Assembly (NCBI GenBank): GCA_964016885.1
Contig: OZ024747.1
Coordinates: 46,252,001 to 46,316,000, forward strand
Direction: 5' to 3'
DNA length: 64,000 nt
DNA from: Eledone cirrhosa
Taxonomy: Eukaryota
Under the pieces are notes generated by a model. The model did no database searches. It worked only from the letters and a program-made list of their open reading frames with translations, and was not told the origin of the DNA. This document shows, piece by piece, positions 1 through 18,189 of the stretch (positions within the stretch are counted from its first letter, which is position 1; the number at the start of each line of letters is the position of its first letter). A program made the translations under genes and the position numbers.

Positions 1-578
1 AGAAGAAGAACAAGAACAAGAAGAACAAGAAGAACAAGAAGACGAAGAAGGAAAAGGCAGAAGACGTAGACGAAGAAGAAAAAAGAAAGGAGAAGAAAAA
101 GAGGAGGTCTGGTAGTGGTAGAGAAGGAAGGGAAAGACGAAGGAGGGGTAGGCAAAGCAGACGGAGACGACGGTGAGGTGTGGTAGTAATAGTGTCACTA
201 TTAATAGTAATAAATGTAGCTGTCCGTGAGACAGACCTAAATGGTAGAGTGACCTTAAAGTTGACTGAGGGAATAATTGTTTCTAAATATATTTATTTTT
301 CTTAGTATTTTTGTAGGAAATACTGGCGTTTTTAATTTGTCCATTGGTGTCAATGTTGGGTGCTAGTTGTCGTGTCGTCTGTGGTGGATGCATTTAAACG
401 GGGGTTCGTATTTAGTGATAAAGTATGATTATTTGCTAATGCGTTGAATGTAGGAAGCGTTGTCTTTAATTTTTTTCCCCTCGACAAATTTAAAGATAAC
501 GCTTGCTACATATATTATATATATAATCTTTATCGAGCCCTCTTCGGATTTTGGTCTTCATAATTATTATTACTATAG

Positions 579-640
<62 letters not shown>

Positions 641-2072
641 GTGTTTACTTTTTCTTTTGGGAAGATGCTACAATTCAAATAACTATAAATAATAATTGTA
701 CACGTCGGATACACCACGCCTGGAGTTTGAAAAATGTGCGGACAGAAATGTCAGCACGAATCGAAATGTGTGATTCGAATTCCGCTGGAAGCTTCTGTCC
801 ATTGATTTCATTGCACACATTCGCGTCTAATCGCTAGCTTTATGATACTTTTCTCCCTCTCACAAGCCTTGGAGGCTCCCCATCAATAAAAGCGCATATT
901 CCTTCCTGAACTAACCAGTAACCATGTTCATGTATTGGTTCGTATTAATGAAGTTGTTATGGTGCACTTTGAGGATTAATTTTATGACGTCAGCGATGAA
1001 AAGTGACGCTCTGAATACAGAACACATACAGAATGAAAACAAAGCAATTAAATAAAAAGACTAATAATATAAACGATAAATGTTCGCTAAGTAAAACTAT
1101 TCACTTTTCAGTTATTATTAAGAAACAACCAATAGATTGAAAGAAAATGTGTCAAAAATAGCGGGGTCATATTGTTCATTTAAAATTAAGGTCAATATTT
1201 CACCCTAAAGCCAAACTTCATAATAATTAAGATGGACTTGATTGAAAGAAAGAATTGCAAAGAAGCAACAGTAACAACAAAAACCAACAACAATGGCACT
1301 ACAGTATCACCAATAACAATAACCCAAGTTGTCTCTAATTGTGCATTGTATAAATGAAAATAAAAGAGAACAACATGGCTGTATAATTGAGCATTCATCG
1401 AGTGTCTGACCGATTGTCACTCAATCGAACTGGAATGGGATATAGTCTATACATTTTGCTTTGCTTGAAGATATGTCCAAATTATAATTTTCCTATTTTC
1501 ACCTTTCGACAATATAGTAAGCACAGCATTTTCAACAAAAACATCAAAAGCAACAACAACAACAGCAGTAACAACAACAAAAACATTGTTTTAATGAGTT
1601 CTTCGTATATATATGTTAACATATAAAAAATGGTAGGGATATCTTTATACAAGCGAGTATAGATAGAATTTTTTTTTGTCTAGCAGTCCTGTACTCCCAT
1701 AAATGGAGCTTTTTCTCAATTTAATTTCATATGTAATATTGCTTCTCTGATTGAGATGTTTAAGTATTAGAGACTAATTAACATTTAATAGAATTTGTCG
1801 AGTTGTATCAGACGGTCTATTGGCTGCTATTTCTAGCGGTAATATAAGTCCCCGTTTTGGGGCACTCTTTTCATGGCACTCCCCCCGTTTGGGTTTTTAG
1901 AGATTGGTAGGTCTGCACATTCGCACAGACATTTATACATTAGCCGACCAGGTAATACTACCTCCAACTCTAAAGAATTTTAGCCTTAAGCTTAAAGCTT
2001 ACATACGTAAAGTATCAGTTGAATCGAACAAAATATTTTCTTCAAAGGAGATCTATTGTCAATGACACTCTA

Positions 2073-2262
2073 AATAATTGTTTCTACTATTGGCACAAGG
2101 CCAATAATTACCCCAGTGTATTACTGGTACTTTATTTTATCGACCCCGTAAGGATGAAAGGCAGAGTAAACCTCGGCAGGATTTGAACTCAGAATGGCAA
2201 GGGCCGTAACTCAATGCGTCAAAGCATGACGTCCGACACTCTACCAATACTGCCAATCCACC
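2073..2262 (-). mobile_element. tRNA-head SINE (family A, Nin-domain-like core)
   Basis: A-box TGGCAGTATTGG, B-box GTTCAAATCC, core gcctttcatccttacggggtcgataaaataaagtacc. TSD ctaaataat. Confidence 0.85.
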
Positions 2263-2790
2263 CTAAATAATGTCTGCTGTAGATAGAATCGTTAATTCCA
2301 CCCAGCATTCACTCAGAATGTTTGGTATCGTGACTGTATTAGAAAGTAATATTTATTATCGGTGTTTGGTAGACTTAACATTTTAATAGAGGAAAGCAAA
2401 ATCAAAAGGAAATTGATGTTATAACAAAATAGGAGAAGACACTGTATTAAAAATTAAATATGTTCTGAATCTAAGTAACTCAATAAGGTTACTCCCAAGT
2501 GGAGGACAAATTCGACATTCCCTCTCGCTCTCATGCTCTTTCTTTCTCTCTCTATATATGAGTGCGAATTTATGTATATATACATACACACACATGCACA
2601 TAGACACACATATATATTTATTTAAAAAAACATACATCCACACACATATACAGCTATACATACACACACAAACGTACAGATGCACACACACACACACACA
2701 CACATACGCACATACATATATATATATACACATATATTTATTTAAAAACATACATCCACACACATATACAGATATACATACACACACAAA

Positions 2791-2875
<85 letters not shown>

Positions 2876-3322
2876 ACATATACATATATATATATATGTG
2901 TGTGTGTACAAATAAATGGCGTTAAACAAAAAGAATATATATGACCAATGTGTTTATGTCATAGATAGAAATATAGAAGTGATGTTGTTTAAGAAAAAGA
3001 GAAATAAGTGACACATTATAACACAGAGAATATACAACAAATTAAGATGATAGAATAGATTTCTTCAATGATTTAATAACACAACAAATGTTTCAATATA
3101 AGTTATTTAACTTATGTTATAACAAATAGTAAAAATGGGGGAAATATAAGGGATATAACAAAGTATAATCAAATATTGTATATCATCAGAGATGACCCGG
3201 TGAAGAGCAAGCCCAAAGGAAAATATTGGACCATTGGACCTAAGAAGGATTAAATCTTTAAGGAACATATAAACAATGGCAGTTATTTATGATGTCATAA
3301 CAAACGCTATTGATTATTTTTT

Positions 3323-3457
3323 AATAATTGTTTCTACTTTTAGGCACAAGGCCAGCAATTACCCAGTACATTACTGGTACTTTATTTTATCGACCCGTAA
3401 GGATGAAAGGCAAAGTTAACCTCGGCGGGATTTGAACTCAGAATGGAAAGGGTCGTA
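3323..3457 (-). mobile_element. SINE family A, 5'-truncated
   Basis: B-box, core and tail match the other copies. Confidence 0.85.
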
Positions 3458-3814
3458 GAAATAATGAAAATTGTAAAATATTTTATATGGAAGCATATAA
3501 AAGAGTTAAATTAGATAAAATATTACATGAAAGATGACGTAATGGAATGCGATGCCGTCATTCTTTTTTTTACTTAATATTGATATACTGTTTGATACCC
3601 TACGCGTAATACATTGTGACATTCACGACGTCGAGTGCTTCCGTCTGATTACAACATTATTTTTTGGTTGAATAGATCCGTCAACACTGATTATCATAAG
3701 GACAAACAATTAGACAGACAGTGCAGATCTATACACATATACAGATATAAACATACAGACACAGGCATACATAGATATATATTGACATATACGCACATAC
3801 ACAAATATTTTTAC

Positions 3815-3863
<49 letters not shown>

Positions 3864-4374
3864 AGTACATATAACATATCTATGTGCATGGATACACAGG
3901 TAGGTTTTTCACAAACATATATATATATTAATAAATATACATATACACGTATACATACATGCATAAACACACCCACAAACACATAGACAAACACACACAC
4001 ACATATATATATATATAAACATACATACATATATATATTCACATAGATTTGCAATACACTTATATATACATAAAAGCAAAACATGTATATATGCAGATAC
4101 ACATACAAAGAAATATATATACAATCATACATATATGGATAAACATGTACATATAGATATACATACACAAATAAAAATACGTAAGCATTTAACTAAATAT
4201 GAGCAAGAGAGAAATATTGAATAATATATACATATATAAACTAAAGTATAATTTTGTGCTTAAGTAACCAACATTTGGAAGGAAAAGAATAGATAAAATA
4301 CTAGATTGATCTAAATAAAAGGCAGGTGAAAAACCCTGGCTAGATTAAGTGGTGATCTTATTAAAGAAAGAATA

Positions 4375-5685
4375 TGTTAGACGGTGGGGACACGTAATTA
4401 GTAGTTTATTCATATGATTTAAGATTTGGCACAGAAGAGTTATTTCTTACGCCTCCGATAAACAGGGATCACAAGAGTGTTCGCCTTCATCATATGCCTT
4501 AGCAGAATATATGATCAACTCTTGAAGATTATAACTAGTTTTAGATTTAAAAAAATGGAAATGATTTAAGCCAAGGAGATAGTGATTCTCAAATTCTCTT
4601 TCTTAAAAGAGTGCAAATAGGCTTTGTAACGAGTTTTGAAAGAGGTTGCTGTAGTCCCTATATAGAAATTGATTTAACTAGGGGAATACACTATTTTTCC
4701 TTAGCCACTAGTCATATAGGAGTCAGTTAATCAGTATTATACAATTACATTCATACTTAGTGTTAGTATTATTACCTGAGGTTATGCTAGATCCATTACC
4801 AAATGCTGTTTTGTTATGGCTAGATATATGGATCCGAGAGTTTTTTCTTAGTAATAATGACAGTTCTTGATATTGGTATAATTTTTCAAGGTACCGTTAT
4901 GAATTTTGTTAGATTAGTTCAGCTTAGAATATTTTTAGTGTTTACAGAAGGCTATATAATCGGCCAGATTTGGTGATGTAGAGACAGATATTTCCAGTGC
5001 TTTGATTTATTAATTTATGATACCTCTGTTCAGGTGGAAAATTTTTATCTATAATATTAAAAAATACGTTAGGAATGCTGGACGCAACAGGAATAGAGGT
5101 GGGTTTGAGCCACGTTGTTTTGACCCAAAGGTTTTTATGCTTACATGGTGGTGGGTCAGCAGTATTCAGTTGAGGGACATAAATAATATTATCAGAAGGA
5201 TTTCGCAAGGCTTATTAATCATATCCCTATGATGGGATTTACTATTCAGTGCATATAAGTTATTACAAGATTGGAAATCAGTATGAAGATGTGAAGGTCT
5301 AAAAGATATATGGCTAGGAAACAAGCCAAAAGTTAATATTAAACAGTTGTTTTGATATTAACGTTTTTCCGTTAATAAAATAATTACGTCTAGAAGTTTT
5401 ACATAAAATTTTACGGTTCTTATATTCATTATGCTTATTTTTATCGAACGACTTACTAGTGAAAATATTAATAGCTCTATAACACATAACTATTTTTGAT
5501 TGGATTATAAGAAATTTTCTCGTTAAAACTTGATCTAAGGTCTCATTAAAATATAAAGCATTCTTATGAAACATTTCTTCATTTGCAGAAAATCTAGAAA
5601 TTCTAGTGGATAACCCTTTAACGATAGAATTAATAAGAGACTTAGGATGGTTTGACAATTTTTGAACATACCGTAAATGATCCCC
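4375..5685 (-). pseudogene. Decayed PLE ORF (RT thumb to GIY-YIG), same clade as the 42-kb element
   Basis: YVQKLSNHPKSLINSIVKGLSTRISRFSANEEMF resembles YVNFKSNHPTNIKNAIVSNIGKRISNISSN. FFNIIDKNFPPEQRYHKLIN resembles FFSALNKCFPPSHIYSKIFN. CDPCLSE near 4460 resembles CNLCLNE. Many stops and frameshifts. Confidence 0.8.
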
Positions 5686-5775
5686 ATACTTAACCAACAA
5701 ACACGCACACCTCTACAATTAACTTCACAGCTTTGTACGGACCAACAACTAATACACATTTCTGTTTGCCTTTTG

Positions 5776-5807
<32 letters not shown>

Positions 5808-5954
5808 GTTGTGTGTGTATGAGTATGCATGAAGGGAAGGCACGTGGATTGGTGGTTAGAAAGTACTACGATTGTAAATTCGTGATTTCGATTCTCGAAA
5901 AAACCGGGTGGTGCGTTGAGTAAGACACGTTATTTCACGTTGCTCTAGTCCACT

Positions 5955-6095
<141 letters not shown>

Positions 6096-6215
6096 GTGAA
6101 TTTATATGTTTACATACAAAATAAATTTAATACTAGTTTAACTATATCTTGAAATGTAAACCTCGTCGTAAAAGCATAAACAAATGTAAATATATTTTTT
6201 ATTGTCTTTATGCAG

Positions 6216-6273
6216 ATAACAATATATGGATTGACTTTACAAGTTTCCCAAATAATTGGTTGCTCATCCAAAA
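6216..6273 (+). other. Candidate 58-bp exon
   Basis: ttgtctttatgcag| ... |gtaagt in unique sequence. Open in two frames. No recognisable homology. Confidence 0.25.
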
Positions 6274-7126
6274 GTAAGTCCTCTTTTCCTTTACTATTTA
6301 CATTAAACACACATCAAAACTTGATATGGTCTGTCTAATTTGCATAACGTGCCTAACTAATGATATAATTAATTAAATAAATATTTGCACATGAAATTGC
6401 ACATGAAATTGCTTTCAGCTGAAATATCATTTGAGTGATGGAAGCAGTTGAACTCGACTGATATAAGATATATAATCTTGGTCGCACTAGTTGTGGAAAA
6501 ACACGTATCATGGATCTTTACTGGTAATCATTAAGTTAATAGAATTCATAAAATAAGTTACATTAATGCTCCATGAAGGCACGCTGAATTAAAGTTCTTC
6601 GAACAAAGATTTTTGTCATTATTTACAATTATTTCATGAAGTCGATTTAAATAAATTCATTAAGTCAACGTGCATTTACATAATCATTTCATCTACTTGA
6701 AATATCAGCCAAACTTTCCTCAAATCCTACCATTCTGTATTATCACGTTCGTTTGCAGATATATTTTGTGCAAAGTAACCCAAAACTATTGTAATTTAAG
6801 TAGAGTATGTATTCTTGACTCGAGTCCTGCTCAAAACATCAGATACATGAAATTATCTTCCGTTGTGAATGTTATTAACTGATTCTTGTCGACACCGATC
6901 ACCAGTAATTTAATCAGGCTTCAGATCTTGTCTTTCAGTTACACGATTGTTTGTCTATATTCTATCATTTCATGTTTAATAACCAGCTGAATAGTTAAAC
7001 TTACGTTTTCCCTGGTTTCCAGTATATGAAAGATGCGTGTGATAATTAGTTTCCATTTAAAATATCAGGAATATAAGGTGCTTTGATTCTACACAATTAA
7101 TTTATTGCAATTATATTCATTATGGG

Positions 7127-7198
<72 letters not shown>

Positions 7199-7199
7199 T

Positions 7200-7245
<46 letters not shown>

Positions 7246-7884
7246 GATAGATATTTATGAACGTATGCAGGTGTCTCTGACGGAGATTAAGAAATCAGCA
7301 GTAATAATGATATTTATTTACCAAGCAAATAGCCATACACCATATATATACATATACGTACATACTCGTACATCTACACGTACACATGCGCACAGAAACA
7401 CACACACATATGTATGTGTATAATATATATACTCATTTTGGAAAAGGCAAATAACGGTGCGAAGGAGATAAAGTAATATCTGGCCTGAAGCAGGATAATA
7501 AAATTCAAATCTAAAGCAAGTATCTAATGTCAGCTATATTATTAATGTTTGCCTATCGTAATTGTGGTTGCTAATTTAGATAACTAATCTGCAAAACTGC
7601 CAAGTAATTTATATGGAGTTATTAAAAGTCATATGATTGTTAAAATTCTCAGACACACACAAACATACACTCGAAATAATATATACGTATGAATATGTAT
7701 GTATGTGGGTTTACTCCGACATAAAACCTGAGGCTCAGTAGTTACCGATCATGTTGATCTTTTCTTCTTTTCGGGTTACAGCTACTGTCGCTCAGAGAGT
7801 GGGATTGGCTCAGTGCACAGTCTTTCCTCACTTTAAAAATATTTTTCACGCACAGGCATTGCACGATTGCATTAATTATATAGT

Positions 7885-7937
<53 letters not shown>

Positions 7938-8128
7938 GTGGATTGGCAGTATCGGTAGAGAGTCGGACGCCATGCTTTGCAGCAAAGAGTTACGACCCTT
8001 TATGATCTGAGTTTAAATCTCGCCGAGGTTAACTTTGCCTTTCATCCTTATGGGGTCGATAAAATAAAGTACCAGTAATACCCTGGGATAATTGCTGGTC
8101 TTGTGCCAAAAGTAGAAACAATTATTAT
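7938..8128 (+). mobile_element. SINE family A, inserted after (ATT)n
   Basis: A-box, B-box-like, core and attatt tail. Confidence 0.85.
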
Positions 8129-8169
8129 TCTTACTATTATTATTACTTTTTTTTTTCCCAATTCAATGA

Positions 8170-11977
<3,808 letters not shown>

Positions 11978-12680
11978 GTCAGGTCACCAGTTGGTGCTAC
12001 TGGTAACATGTATCCCAGTACAACCTGTCTCATGGTCGGGTCGTTAGCGACTAAACTGGCAACCCCACCAAGGTTTCTTGGTGAGGAGGGTGACTTTGGA
12101 CATCCTGCAGGACTAAAAACAAAACCTGTCAAAGGGCAAAGGAGCTCTTAAGAGTCAATGGCCATCCAAAATCACCGGGAGAGATGACCCCTTAGCCTTT
12201 GTCAAGGCAGAATTCTAGGAGAAGGAAAACTCTGATATAACACCTGCAACTCTGATGGTTGTCCAATGATGTTGACTCGTTCTTCTTTTTGGTAAATATC
12301 ATCTTGGTTAAGAGAGTGGGACTGGCTTTGTGCAGTGCCTTTGCTCACTATAAAAGCTTCACGGCACAGGCATTGCTTTATATCTGGAGATCACTCTGCA
12401 CTCGTCGTCACATGGTACCATGGGACCAGCACTATGTGTCAATAATTGTCATAAGTGTAGTGTTTGTACCAGAGTTTTCAAGTCGCTGGCTGAACTAAAA
12501 AGTCACACTCGTTCAGCGCATCGGTAGGGGTTCTCCTACATGGATATACAGTAGTGGCCGTACTCGAAAACGTGTTGGCAGCCACCATGCAGTAATGTAT
12601 GTATGTATGTATGTATGTATGTATGTATGTATGTATGCATGTATGTATGTATGTATGTATGTATGTATGTATGTATGTAT
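11978..12680 (+). mobile_element. Internally deleted RTE derivative (5'UTR-like part fused to RTE 3' end, (TGTA)n tail)
   Basis: 12480-12525 resembles 11618-11660, and 12560-12595 resembles 11895-11935. 12270-12378 resembles 7750-7862. Confidence 0.65.
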
Positions 12681-12729
12681 TTATTTATGCATGTATGCAT
12701 ATATGTATGTATGTATCTATATATATATG

Positions 12730-12834
<105 letters not shown>

Positions 12835-12896
12835 TAAATACATAAATATATATACACATACACACACTAACACAAACATTGATGCGCGTGTGCACA

Positions 12897-12960
<64 letters not shown>

Positions 12961-14444
12961 CGATGTGCTTCCACATTGCACTAACAAGATTAATCAGGTG
13001 TATAACGAAGATGCTTTCCAATTATAACCATACCATCTTTTTATATAGGTACGATGTACCTCGGTCTACATGAGTTCTGATTTAGAATGCAATTTGAGAT
13101 AAATTTGACTGCTATCTTTAACATGTTGAATGACCAGGTAGATATTCCCCTATTAATTTGGTTTTATACCTCTGTTTCAAATTTAACAACTTTACTAAAT
13201 GCCATCCTGGATTTTCACTAGATTTCTTTCTCGGATTTTACTGCTTACTTTATAAATATTTCATTCTGTTCGACAAGAGCAGTAGAATTAATGTTAAGCG
13301 TGGTGTGTTGTTTTTTCTCTCTACTAATGCCTATCCTTTCTTCCATTTACGAAGCTGTTATTAAGCCATTTCTTCCTTCCATTTACGAAGCTAATGCTCT
13401 TATAAAAAGCCTCCTTATTTCTTCAATTTATACATCGTCACTTAAGACAAATTTTATTTTTATTTTATCTCTATGGCTTAGTGAAAGGATGATGGGCAGC
13501 GTCCATGACCTTTTGCAACTGAGTTGGGGAAGATGTTCTGATAAATAGGTTCATGAGTTAGCTGGTGGCGTTAAAACGACCAACGAAAAGCTTCTATACA
13601 GTTTCCGCCTACGAAATTTCACTCGCTGAACATAGTTTGAAAAAAGGCTTTCGCAACGTGTCGTTCAGTGAGATTAAACATGTAACCACACAGCTAAGCT
13701 TTCCTCCGTTAATTATCAGTAACGATTTAAAGTTATTTCTTTTAAACAAACATTTCACTTTTATCACTGCCACATAGCCAGAATCTCGAGCGTTTGATTT
13801 GTTTGTAACATTTTGCTGGTTATATGTATTGGGACTCCATCGGTTATGACGAGGAGTGTTTCAGTTGTTGGAACAACTGAACCAGCTTGCTTTGAAATTA
13901 ACGTGGCAATGACTGACCATTGCAAGGACTTGTGCAAACTTGGTCTCAGAGAGTTTCAGCATAAGGCAGTGCGTGACAAGGCTGGCCAATTTCTTGCCAT
14001 CTGTGTAGACTAGAGCAACGTGAAATGAAGTGGCGGGCTCCAGAATGAAACGCGATGCCGGAAATCGAACTCATGGACTCTATGCGTGAGATATTTCATT
14101 TATTCATGAGTGTAACATTTTTAGAAGAACCATAATAATTGTGATGGTCATTTGATTCTCAAAGATAGAAGAAGCATTCACATCACAATTGAAGTTAACT
14201 ATCTTTATTTGGCAAGTGAAATCACTCTCAATATCTTTCTACAAAATCTTGCTACATTATCAAAGGTGAGAGAAACTGCACGAAAGAAAGATTTGTTTAA
14301 ACTATTACATCATTTTTCTGATTTTTCTCCGAAACAGCAACTTGATAGACCAAATTACCACAGATTTCTACGTTGTCTATGGAAATAACTTGGTTAAAGC
14401 GCCATTAAGAGAACTCGTCAATGTTACAGACATTATTGATAGTC

Positions 14445-14962
14445 TGAAAAGTGGTGTGAGCATAAGCTAGAGTCGGTGATAGAAAACGATCGAGTGAAGG
14501 TGCTATGGGATTTCAGGATTCAGACAAACAAGAAATTAGAACACAATAGGCCTGACTAGGTGTTTTTTGACAAAGAAAAGAGATCGTATCTGAATGTAGA
14601 TGTAACCTGCCTCTTTGACACACGAGTGCAAGAAAAGGTGAAGGAGAAAATTAACCGATAACAGGATTTAAAGTGGGAATTAAAAAGGATTTGGGACTGT
14701 CATGAAATCAAAGTCGTTCCGATTGTCATAGGAGCACTATGTACTATCTCGAAGAGTTTTCAAGGATAGTTAAAGAACATTAGTCCAGCCCCCTGTTTTG
14801 GAACACTTCAAAAGACATGCTTGCTGGGAACAGCAAGAACCCTCCGATACGTTCTGAATATCTGAGACTGCAGGTAGTGGCTTGATGCTCATTTGAACAA
14901 ACTTTCCAGTTAAATAGCATCAATGACTGAGACTCCAAGAAAATAATAATAATAATAATAAT
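14445..14962 (+). pseudogene. 3' fragment of R4/Dong-type LINE (restriction-like endonuclease domain) with (AAT)n tail
   Basis: Manual translation: WCEHKLESVIENDRVKVLWDFRIQTNKKLEHNRPD*VFFDK..VDVTC..EKINR*QDLKWELKRIW..VVPIVIGAL..LQKTCLLGTARTLR. Absent from the ORF track because of stops. Confidence 0.85.
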
Positions 14963-15868
14963 TAATATACGAATATAATTTAAAAGTCTAAGCGAAAATC
15001 AGCATCCGTGAAATTTAGAAATTATGTTTTAAAAAAGATATAACTTTCTTGAGAAAACTGAAAAATACTTGCAGAGATAAATAAAGACAACAGGAGGTAG
15101 ATGATAAAGAAATATAATTATGTTTCCTATGTTATTGTAAATAACTATACGAATTCACTCATGTCATGGAGAACATATGTTTCATATAACATCAAAATGT
15201 TACCAAGAAATAATTGGAAATACATAGGAATTGAATCTGCAAGGAAACTTTCACAAATTGAAATAGCATTGATTTCTTGTTTTTATGTGTAACAACCAAA
15301 TCTTTTGTTATAGACTTTACTATATTTTTCATTATTCTAATTTATGGCTTACAAATTTATTTGTCGTTGTAGCCAGAACAATTTTTTGTCGATGGCCGCA
15401 GATTTCCTAGTTCAAGGGTGCCAGATTGTTAGTTGAAGTGTCGTTCGTTTGTATCTAATTGTTATTTCTGTATATGACAGAGAGTCTGACATAAAGAAAC
15501 TGGTATTTGTAATATCATACATATAACAAATAACGCTTATGAAGTTAATAAACCAGCTGTACGCATGTTTCATTTGTACTCAACTTAGTCACGTCAGGCA
15601 AAACATACACCGAGCTCATAAAAAAAGTTATGAGAGCAATCTTTAATTGGAACATTGGATTTCATCTTTTCTAACAATAAGTAACATCAATTTATAACCG
15701 CCAAAACCATAGCAAATGTCATGAAAATTTCATATATACAACACCACTAAAACTGCACCACAATAACGAATGCTTCACTTTAGAGCCAGGAAATAAATAC
15801 TTCATCCCTGATCTGTTACTAACTCCCTTTAAAAATAAAGTAAAACACACATTGGAGTGCCATTATTT

Positions 15869-16050
15869 CGGACTGGCAGTACAGGTAGAGGGTCGGACAT
15901 GCTTTCCAGCATAGTTACGTCCCTTTACGATCTGAGTTCAAATCCCACCGAGGTTAACTTTGCTTTTCATCCATACGGGGTCGATAAAATAAAGTACCAG
16001 TAATACACTGGATAATTGCTAGCCTTGTGCCAAAAGTAGAAACAATTATT
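15869..16050 (+). mobile_element. SINE family A
   Basis: Matches consensus. Confidence 0.85.
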
Positions 16051-16350
16051 TCTCATACTAACATTTTAGGCCATATAAAGCACTACAGTGATTGTCAGAT
16101 ATCCAACGACCAAGCGGCTCATTCTTTTTGGCACTTCTACTATTTCTACGACAAAACATGATTCTCTGAACATAACTAGTTGCTTACTCTCTTTTCTCGG
16201 TTACTCCCTGCAGACAGGTGAGCACCGATATAATTCTAACACTATCTACGACAAAATGACGACCTCACACTAATATCGTTGTAAAGTACACACACATACA
16301 AACACACACATACATACACACACACAAACAGACCCACGGACACACACATG

Positions 16351-16429
<79 letters not shown>

Positions 16430-17506
16430 AATAGAATGAAACGAAATTTCATTTCTCACTCTTAGTACGGCACTTACTTAAATGTATATATGTATACGTA
16501 CATACATATATGTATACAGACGTACAGTAGTATGTATATATATATATACATACATGCACACATATATATATATACATGCACGTATCGGTTTACCGAACAT
16601 TTATTATAATGCTCGGTTTGTTTGTAAACAAAAAAACAGCCGGAATTACGCCGTACAGTGTTTAGGAAACCACGTCACCTTTTTGTTCAACACTGACACA
16701 GGATATATATATATATATATATATAATAGGAATTTAGACCGATGCAATACGATCGCAGAAATAATATTAGATCTATAGACGCATCTAATATTATTTCTAT
16801 CCTGTCATTTACGGAGCTAGTCCAATAATAACAGGTGTACAAACAGAAATTAGAGCAAAATCATTATGATACAGTCGTGAAGCGACTACAGCCAAATAGA
16901 ACATATAAGAGCGAATATGAAATTCAACATTAAAACGTTAAAAAACTTACAATTCAACCACCTGGAATGTACGGTTTCGATCCTGCCAATATGGTTAATT
17001 GCAAATTTTGAAATTGCTAATTAAATTTTAACCTGTTATAGAGCCTCGCAAAATCTCATCAGCGGTCATAGTCCTAAAAACTAGCAACCGAATGTTCTAA
17101 TTCTTCTCCATAGAAAAGCAAAGTCAAGCCAACGGTGGCAATGCGTGCGTGCTCTGTGAAGACAATCACTATGAAATTTACAGTAGATGTTCTGTTTTAC
17201 ACCAACTTGTTTTTGACAAAAACAATAAGGCGTATAACAGAACTAAGGGGAGACAAAATAACAACGAAAGTAGTCACTGAGAAGGTCATAGAATGTGTGA
17301 CGAAAGAGCCTTGACAATCAAGAGCTAAAACAGCCATCAGGTTATTAATCTTACCGACTGGGAAATTATAATAATAAATTGAAGTGAAACGCAACAGGTG
17401 CGTGTAGTTTTATAGACAGCATGACCCTCCTAAAGTATAACAGTATCTGTTTCAACACACGTTTTCAGGTAAAAAATCCTGCAAAACAAATACAAAAACG
17501 AAATAT

Positions 17507-17581
<75 letters not shown>

Positions 17582-17584
<3 letters not shown>

Positions 17585-17870
17585 TATAGAAAACGAACAA
17601 TCAGTGATACATCGAAATGCAATCTTCCATCTGATTTGCTTCGAAGTCACTAGACGTATCTGAGGAACTTGCGAATCCAGATTCAGGTTCGATCCACAAA
17701 TAGATCGTACCTCGAGCTGTTCGCCGAAGAAACAATTGTAATACGTTAATAAATTGTGTTTCGATGCATCACTGATTCTTCGTTTTCTATAATATTGTAC
17801 TCTGCTCTAAAGGAGCATAGAGTGCTCAACCGACATACCGCCTATGGACGCATCTAAGCAGCCTTACAAC

Positions 17871-17872
<2 letters not shown>
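17582..17872 (+). mobile_element. Short (TA)n-inserted element with hammerhead-like motif at 17654-17746
   Basis: acgtat-CTGAGGA-...-GAAA-caattg-TA-atacgt, with a poorly paired stem II base. The first 36 bp or so are an inverted copy of 17759-17794. Confidence 0.65.
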
Positions 17873-17911
<39 letters not shown>

Positions 17912-17916
<5 letters not shown>

Positions 17917-18170
17917 ATAATAATAAATTTGAAGACTAAAATCCAAAGAGGGCTCGATAATGATAAAAACGTATTATCTTTATTTTTTTCCGTTCTTTGC
18001 CAGGGAACGTTTCCACGAACCAAAGTATCGTCTTCCTGTCTTCCTCCGGTTGCAAGGTTTTTCGAAATATTTACTTCTGCATTCACAGATTGATTTTTTT
18101 TAGTTTCAGAAGATCCCGTTAAGGGTGAAAGCAGCGATTCTTTGCTTAAACTTTAATCTGTTATTTTAAT
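17912..18170 (+). mobile_element. (TA)n-inserted element family with CAGAAGA hammerhead variant (18102-18152)
   Basis: Same family at 41550-41665, 56050-56638 and 57455-57660, plus a 3' fragment at about 525-578. Carries an inverted terminal segment. Confidence 0.7.
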
Positions 18171-18189
18171 ATATATATATATTTAATAT

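Noticed and set aside
3070-3200. Minus-strand CTGATGA (about 3183-3189) and GAAA (about 3091) as a hammerhead
   Set aside because: Stem I strands do not pair and the spacing is inconsistent. At best a heavily decayed relic.
11978-12062. HDV-like ribozyme at the 5' end of the RTE derivative (ccagt..acc tgtctcat ggt..tcgttagcga ctaa actgg)
   Set aside because: P2, P3, P4 and J4/2-like pieces are visible, but no P1 helix could be built. Would need the family consensus.
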